Positions 57,790 through 64,000 of a DNA stretch of 64,000 bases are shown here, in pieces. Under the pieces are notes generated by a model. That model was not told where the DNA came from and did no database searches. It was given only the letters and a program-made list of their open reading frames with translations. Location of the stretch: NCBI GenBank assembly GCA_964057225.1, contig OZ059894.1, positions 372,001 to 436,000 on the forward strand, written 5' to 3'. The stretch comes from Auanema rhodensis (taxonomy: Eukaryota > Animalia > Nematoda). Numbering within the stretch: position 1 is the stretch's first letter; every line of letters starts with the position of its first letter. Both the position numbers and the translations under genes were made by a program.

Positions 57790-58215
57790 GATAACAAAAA
57801 CAAAGCTCGTATAGAAAACGTACAGAAAAAGTTTTTGCGTGCAGTTTTTTGTAGGGCAGGAATTTTTTCTAGCTACGCCGATCAGCTTACCGCTCTTCAA
57901 GCCGATGATCTATCAACCAGAAGGCTGGTAACCGATCTTTTATTTTATTTTAACCATATTAAAGCTGAGGCAGAATTTAGAATTTTTGAAATTAAACTTT
58001 TTTCTCACTCTCTACGTAGACACCAATGGAATGTTGTTTTTCCGAATCTTCGGAAAAACACTTCAAGAAACGGCATCGAATACAGAGCTATAAAGGCATG
58101 GAATTCCTTACCTGAGAACCTAATTCAACAAACAAAAATCGGAAGCTTCAAGAAACACCTCTACAATGCCCTACGAGGCTCACAACATGATCCTTCCACA
58201 TTTTTATGTAGTTAA
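57766..58215 (+). pseudogene. C-terminal remnant (~149 aa) of LINE ORF2 (region downstream of the reverse transcriptase domain); RT catalytic core and endonuclease absent
   Basis: Uninterrupted frame VHIVWSPQDNKNKARIENVQKKFLRAVF...WNSLPENLIQQTKIGSFKKHLYNALRGSQHDPSTFLCS ending in TAA at 58213-58215. There is no YADD motif because truncation falls after it. The ORF-track start (57655) lies in satellite sequence. Confidence 0.85.
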
Positions 58216-58693
58216 GTTCATTTTTGGTTATAATCTCTATGTTTTGTTTTTTTTTCATATTACTCTTCGCGTTTTTGTTTTTTTCTCTTTAAATGTTTTT
58301 CTGATTATGACTAAGTGCGACAGTTTCATTTCTTTTTTCCAACCCTTCTACACTTCTTGTTACTTCGCTTCAAATCTTATAGACATGAGTCATACGGATT
58401 GAATGCAAGTTACCTCCTACTGTTAGAACGGGCTCGGCTCGAATCATGAGTACCTCCGTACCTAACAACTACCAACCGGAGGTCAGCAATTCGCTGAACA
58501 AAACCCCCTGTTCTCACTGGAAAAATTTGAAAGAAACTGCTCACTGCAACTCATTCTCAGATCATTCTCTCCCTAACTATGTTTTATAATGTTTCCTATT
58601 TTTCCTGTTCCTATTGTAAGGTTCTTATACATCCGACTACACAACTATTTACTCATTTCGTTAAACCTGTAATATTGAACATTAAACCAATAA
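58216..58693 (+). other. LINE 3' UTR (~480 bp): T-rich first part, GC-richer self-complementary middle, AT-rich end
   Basis: Lies between the ORF2 stop and the 3' TSD. T-rich tract at ~58216-58340; complementary segments at 58393-58497. Confidence 0.8.
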
Positions 58694-58695
58694 AC
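58674..58695 (+). promoter_or_regulatory. LINE 3' terminus: degenerate short repeats ATTGAAC-ATTAAACC-AATAAAC including a polyadenylation-signal-like AATAAA (58689-58694); no poly(A) tail
   Basis: Read directly from the sequence. Short 3' tandem repeats instead of poly(A) are characteristic of CR1/L2-group LINEs. Confidence 0.55.
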
Positions 58696-58698
58696 GTG
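58694..58698 (+). repeat. Right target-site duplication ACGTG (first 1-2 nt ambiguous with the element's tail)
   Basis: ...CCAATAA-ACGTG-TACATTTAATTAGC. The A at 58694 could also be the last A of AATAAA, so the TSD is 3-5 bp depending on how microhomology is assigned. Confidence 0.85.
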
Positions 58699-59849
58699 TA
58701 CATTTAATTAGCATAAATTAAAGTTCACGTAAATTTCAAAGTCATGGTTACCATGAACCAATATCAATAAAAATTTGTTTTTAGACTAATATGGACATGG
58801 GGAATCTAATTTTGAAAACCGCATCTCTTTATCTTTCACGTGAAGCGAGTTACATACCAAGTGCACATCACGTGTACATTTAATTAGCATAAATTAAAGT
58901 TCACGTAAATTTCAAAGTCATGGTTACCATGAACCAATATCAATAAAAATTTGTTTTTAGACTAACATGGACATGGGTAATCTAATTTTGAAAACCGCAT
59001 CTCTTTATCTTTCACGTGAAGCGAGTTACATACCAAGTGCACATCACGTGTACATTTAATTAGCATAAATTAAAGTTCACGTAAATTTCAAAGTCATGGT
59101 TACCATGAACTAATATCAATAAAAATTTGTTTTTAGACTAATATGGACATGGGGAATCTAATTTTAAAACCGCATCTCTTTATCTTTCACGTGAAGCGAG
59201 TTACATACCAAGTGCACATCACGTGTACATTTAATTAGCATAAATTAAAGTTCACGTAAATTTCAAAGTCATGGTTACCATGAACCAATATCAATAAAAA
59301 TTTGTTTTTAGACTAATATGGACATGGGGAATCTGATTTTGAAAACCGCATCTCTTTATCTTTCACGTGAAGCGAGTTACATACCAAGTGCACATCACGT
59401 GTACATTTAATTAGCATAAATTAAAGTTCACGTAAATTTCAAAGTCATGGTTACCATGAACCAATATCAATAAAAATTTGTTTTAAGACTAATATGGACA
59501 TGGGGAATCTAATTTTGAAAACCGCATCTCTTTATCTTTCACGTGAAGCGAGTTACATACCAAGTGCACATCACGTGTACATTTAATTAGCATAAATTAA
59601 AGTTCACGTAAATTTCAAAGTCATGGTTACCATGAACCAATATCAATAAAAATTTGTTTTTAGACTAATATGGACATGGGGAATCTAATTTTGAAAACCG
59701 CATCTCTTTATCTTTCACGTGAAGCGAGTTACATACCAAGTGCACATCACGTGTACATTTAATTAGCATAAATTAAAGTTCACGTAAATTTCAAAGTCAT
59801 GGTTACCATGCACTAATATCAATAAAAATTTGTTTTTAGACTAATATGG

Positions 59850-62800
59850 ACATGGGGAATCTAATTTTGAAAACCGCATCTCTTTATCTTTCACGTGAAG
59901 CAAGTTACATACCAAGTGCACATCACGTGTACATTTAATTAGCATAAATTAAAGTTCACGTAAATTTCAAAGTCATGGTTACCATGAACCAATATCAATA
60001 AAAATTTGTTTTTAGACTAATATGGACATGGGGAATCTGATTTTGAAAACCGCATCTCTTTATCTTTCACGTGAAGCGAGTTACATACCAAGTGCACATC
60101 ACGTGTACATTTAATTAGCATAAATTAAAGTTCACGTAAATTTCAAAATCATGGTTATCATGAATTAATATCAATAAAAATTTGTTTTTGGACTAATATG
60201 GACATGGGGATTCTAATTTTGAAAACCGCATCTCTTTATCTTTCACGTGAAGCGAGTTACATACCAAGTGCACATCACGTGTACATTTAATTAGCATAAA
60301 TTAAAGTTCACGTAAATTTCAAAGTAATGGTTACCATGCACCAATATCAATAAAATATTGTTTTTAGACTAATATGGACATGGGGAATCTAATTTTGAAA
60401 ACCGCATCTCTTTATCTTTCACGTGAAGCGAGTTACATACCAAGTGCACATCACGTGTACATTTAATTAGCATAAATTAAAGTTCACGTAAATTTCAAAG
60501 TCATGGTTACCATGAACCAATATCAATAAAAATTTGTTTTTAGACTAATATGGACATGGGGAATCTGATTTTGGAAACCGCATCTCTTCATCTTTCACGT
60601 GAAGCGAGTTACATACCAAGTGCACATCACGTGTACATTTAATTAGCATAAATTAAAGTTCACGTAAATTTCAAAGTCATGGTTACCATGAACCAATATC
60701 AATAAAAATTTGTTTTTAGACTAATATGGAAATGGGGAATCTAGTTTTGAAAACCGCATCTCTTTATCTTTCACGTGAAGCGAGTTACATACCAATTGCA
60801 CATCACGTGTACATTTAATTAGCATAAATTAAAGTTCACGTAAATTTCAAAATCATGGTTATCATGAATTAATATCAATAAAAATTTGTTTTTAGACTAA
60901 TATGGACATGGGGAATCTAATTTTGAAAACCGCATCTCTTTATCTTTCACGTGAAGCAAGTTACATACCAAGTGCACATCACGTGTACATTTAATTAGCA
61001 TAAATTAAAGTTCACGTAAATTTCAAAGTCATGGTTACCATGAACCAATATCAATAAAAATTTGTTTTTAGACTAATATGGACATGGGGAATCTGATTTT
61101 GAAAACCGCATCTCTTTATCTTTCACGTGAAGCGAGTTACATACCAAGTGCACATCACGTGTACATTTAATTAGCATAAATTAAAGTTCACGTAAATTTC
61201 AAAATCATGGTTATCATGAATTAATATCAATAAAAATTTGTTTTTGGACTAATATGGACATGGGGATTCTAATTTTGAAAACCGCATCTCTTTATCTTTC
61301 ACGTGAAGCGAGTTACATACCAAGTGCACATCACGTGTACATTTAATTAGCATAAATTAAAGTTCACGTAAATTTCAAAGTAATGGTTACCATGCACCAA
61401 TATCAATAAAATATTGTTTTTAGACTAATATGGACATGGGGAATCTAATTTTGAAAACCGCATCTCTTTATCTTTCACGTGAAGCGAGTTACATACCAAG
61501 TGCACATCACGTGTACATTTAATTAGCATAAATTAAAGTTCACGTAAATTTCAAAGTCATGGTTACCATGAACCAATATCAATAAAAATTTGTTTTTAGA
61601 CTAATATGGACATGGGGAATCTGATTTTGGAAACCGCATCTCTTCATCTTTCACGTGAAGCGAGTTACATACCAAGTGCACATCACGTGTACATTTAATT
61701 AGCATAAATTAAAGTTCACGTAAATTTCAAAATCATGGTTACCATGAACCAATATCAATAAAAATTTGTTTTTAGACTAATATGGAAATGGGGAATCTAG
61801 TTTTGAAAACCGCATCTCTTTATCTTTCACGTGAAGCGAGTTACATACCAATTGCACATCACGTGTACATTTAATTAGCATAAATTAAAGTTCACGTAAA
61901 TTTCAAAATCATGGTTATCATGAATTAATATCAATAAAAATTTGTTTTTGGACTAATATGGACATGGGGATTCTAATTTTGAAAACCGCATCTCTTTATC
62001 TTTCACGTGAAGCGAGTTACATACCAAGTGCACATCACGTGTACATTTAATTAGCATAAATTAAAGTTCACGTAAATTTCAAAGTCATGGTTACCATGCA
62101 CTAATATCAATAAAATATTGTTTTTAGACTAATATGGACATGGGGAATCTAATTTTGAAAACCGCATCTCTTTATCTTTCACGTGAAGCGAGTTACATAC
62201 CAAGTGCACATCACGTGTACATTTAATTAGCATAAATTAAAGTTCACGTAATTTTCAAAGACATGGTTACCATGAACCAATATCAATAAAAAATTGTTTT
62301 TAGACTAATATGGACATGGGGAATCTAATTTTGAAAACCGCATCTCTTCATCTTTCACGTGAAGCGAGTTACATACCAAGTGCACATCACGTGTACATTT
62401 AATTAGCATAAATTAAAGTTCACGTAAATTTCAAAGTCATGGTTACCATGAACCAATATCAATAAAAATTTGTTTTTAGACTAATATGGACATGGGGAAT
62501 CTGATTTTGGAAACCGCATCTCTTTATCTTTCACGTGAAGCGAGTTACATACCAAGTGCACATCACGTGTACATTTAATTAGCATAAATTAAAGTTCACG
62601 TAAATTTCAAAGTCATGGTTACCATGAACCAATATCAATAAAAATTTGTTTTTAGACTAATATGGACATGGGGAATCTAGTTTTGAAAACCGCATCTCTT
62701 TATCTTTCACGTGAAGCGAGTTACATACCAATTGCACATCACGTGTACATTTAATTAGCATAAATTAAAGTTCACGTAAATTTCAAAGTCATGGTTACCA

Positions 62801-64000
62801 TGAACCAATATCAATAAAAATTTGTTTTTAGACTAATATGGACATGGGGAATCTAATTTTGAAAACCGCATCTCTTTATCTTTCACGTGAAGCGAGTTAC
62901 ATACCAAGTGCACATCAAGTGTACATTTAATTAGCATAAATTGAAGTTCACGTAAATTTCAAAGTCATGGTTACCATGCAACAATATCAATAAAAATTTG
63001 TTTTTAGACTAATATGGACATGGGGAATCTAATTTTGAAAACCGCATCTCTTTATCTTTCACGTGAAGCGAGTTACATACCAAGTGCACATCACGTGTAC
63101 ATTTAATTAGCATAAATTAAAGTTCACGTAATTTTCAAAGACATGGTTACCATGAACCAATATCAATAAAAATTTGTTTTTAGACTAATATGGACATGGG
63201 GAATCTAATTTTGGAAACCGCATCTTTTTATCTTTCACGTGAAGCGAGTTACATACCAAGTGCACATCATGTGTACATTTAATTAGCATAAATTAAAGTT
63301 CACGTAAATTTCAAAGTCATGGTTACCATGAACCAATATCAATAAAAAATTTTTTTAGACTAATATGGACATGGGGAATCTAATTTTGAAAACCGCATCT
63401 CTTCATCTTTCACGTGAAGCGAGTTACATACCAAGTGCACATCACGTGTACATTTAATTAGCATAAATGAAAGTTCACGTAAATTTCAAAGTCATGGTTA
63501 CCATGAACCAATATCAATAAAAATTTGTTTTTAGACTAATATGGACATGGGGAATCTGATTTTGAAAACCGCATCTCTTTATCTTTCACGTGAAGCGAGT
63601 TACATACCAAGTGCACATCACGTGTACATTTAATTAGCATAAATTAAAGTTCACGTAAATTTCAAAGTCATGGTTACCATGAACCAATATCAATAAAAAT
63701 TTGTTTTTAGACTAATATGGACATGAGGAATCTAGTTTTGAAAACCGCATCTCTTTATCTTTCACGTGAAGCGAGTTACATACCAATTGCACATCACGTG
63801 TACATTTAATTAGCATAAATTAAAGTTCACGTAAATTTCAAAGTCATGGTTACCATTAACCAATATCAATAAAAATTTGTTTTTAGACTAATATGGACAT
63901 GGGGAATCTAATTTTGAAAACCGCATCTCTTTATCTTTCACGTGAAGCGAGTTACATACCAAGTGCACATCACGTGTACATTTAATTAGCATAAATTGAA
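59850..64000 (+). repeat. 5/6-mer higher-order repeat domain (~1055-1056 bp unit)
   Basis: taatggttac 60325/61381 (offset 1056). ccaattgc at 60792, 61848, 62728 and 63783 (offsets 1056, 880, 1055). Confidence 0.8.

Larger units (their letters stand above)
57739..58693 (+). mobile_element. 5'-truncated non-LTR retrotransposon (LINE), CR1-clade-like, 955 bp, inserted in a satellite monomer
   Basis: This is the only non-satellite sequence in the window. It encodes an ORF2 C-terminus with the post-RT motifs typical of CR1-group LINEs (IVWSP...IENVQKKFLR...SY..QL..L....L..RRL..DL...RAIKAWNSLP......SFKKHL). A 3' UTR follows and ends in AATAAA / short degenerate repeats. It is flanked by ACGTG direct repeats. 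The clade assignment is from motif recognition, not a database search. Confidence 0.9.
58694..64000 (+). repeat. 176-bp tandem satellite DNA array, right of the LINE insertion (~30 monomers)
   Basis: The same monomer resumes at ACGTGTACATTT (58694). Phase is conserved: monomer starts at 57721 and 58857 differ by 1136 = 176 + 955 insert + 5 TSD. Confidence 0.99.

Noticed and set aside
58166-58402. 78-aa ORF from the ORF track (MPYEAHNM...)
   Set aside because: It overlaps the ORF2 end in another frame and runs through the T-rich 3' UTR. The Phe/Val-rich composition is explained by low complexity, and it has no recognisable motif.
58385-58460. tRNA gene
   Set aside because: Only a T-arm-like hairpin is present. 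There is no convincing A box, D arm, anticodon arm or acceptor stem.
58443-58467. Hammerhead or HDV-like ribozyme in the 3' UTR (ATCATGA-GTAC-CTCC-GTAC-CTAAC)
   Set aside because: It only superficially resembles CUGAUGA-stemII-GAAAC. Both catalytic core segments deviate, and I could not build the other stems or an HDV double pseudoknot on either strand.
1-64000. CRISPR array or prokaryotic repeat system
   Set aside because: There are no unique spacers: whole 176-bp units repeat contiguously, and there are no cas or other prokaryotic genes.

Overview
The window is almost entirely one head-to-tail, single-orientation, AT-rich satellite array with a 176-bp monomer (about 358 copies; a few 175-bp deletion variants), so it is eukaryotic heterochromatin or possibly (peri)centromeric DNA rather than gene-coding sequence. 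Shared SNPs between monomers reveal nested higher-order duplications of 3, 4, 6, 7, 11, 17, 20, 21 and 28/29 monomers, plus a ~13.8-kb block repeated ~20.1-20.2 kb downstream. The first 570 bp of the window recur almost exactly in the last 570 bp. The array is interrupted once, at 57739-58693, by a 955-bp 5'-truncated non-LTR retrotransposon (C-terminus of a CR1-clade-like ORF2 plus ~480-bp 3' UTR). It is flanked by a 5-bp ACGTG target-site duplication and has an unusual 5' junction: a perfect 24-bp tandem duplication, each copy beginning with satellite target sequence. No host genes, RNA genes or CRISPR arrays are supported. The best candidate for a new system is a satellite-inserting CR1-like LINE together with a dyad-rich 176-bp satellite, but one insertion cannot establish targeting. 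All comparisons were made by eye.
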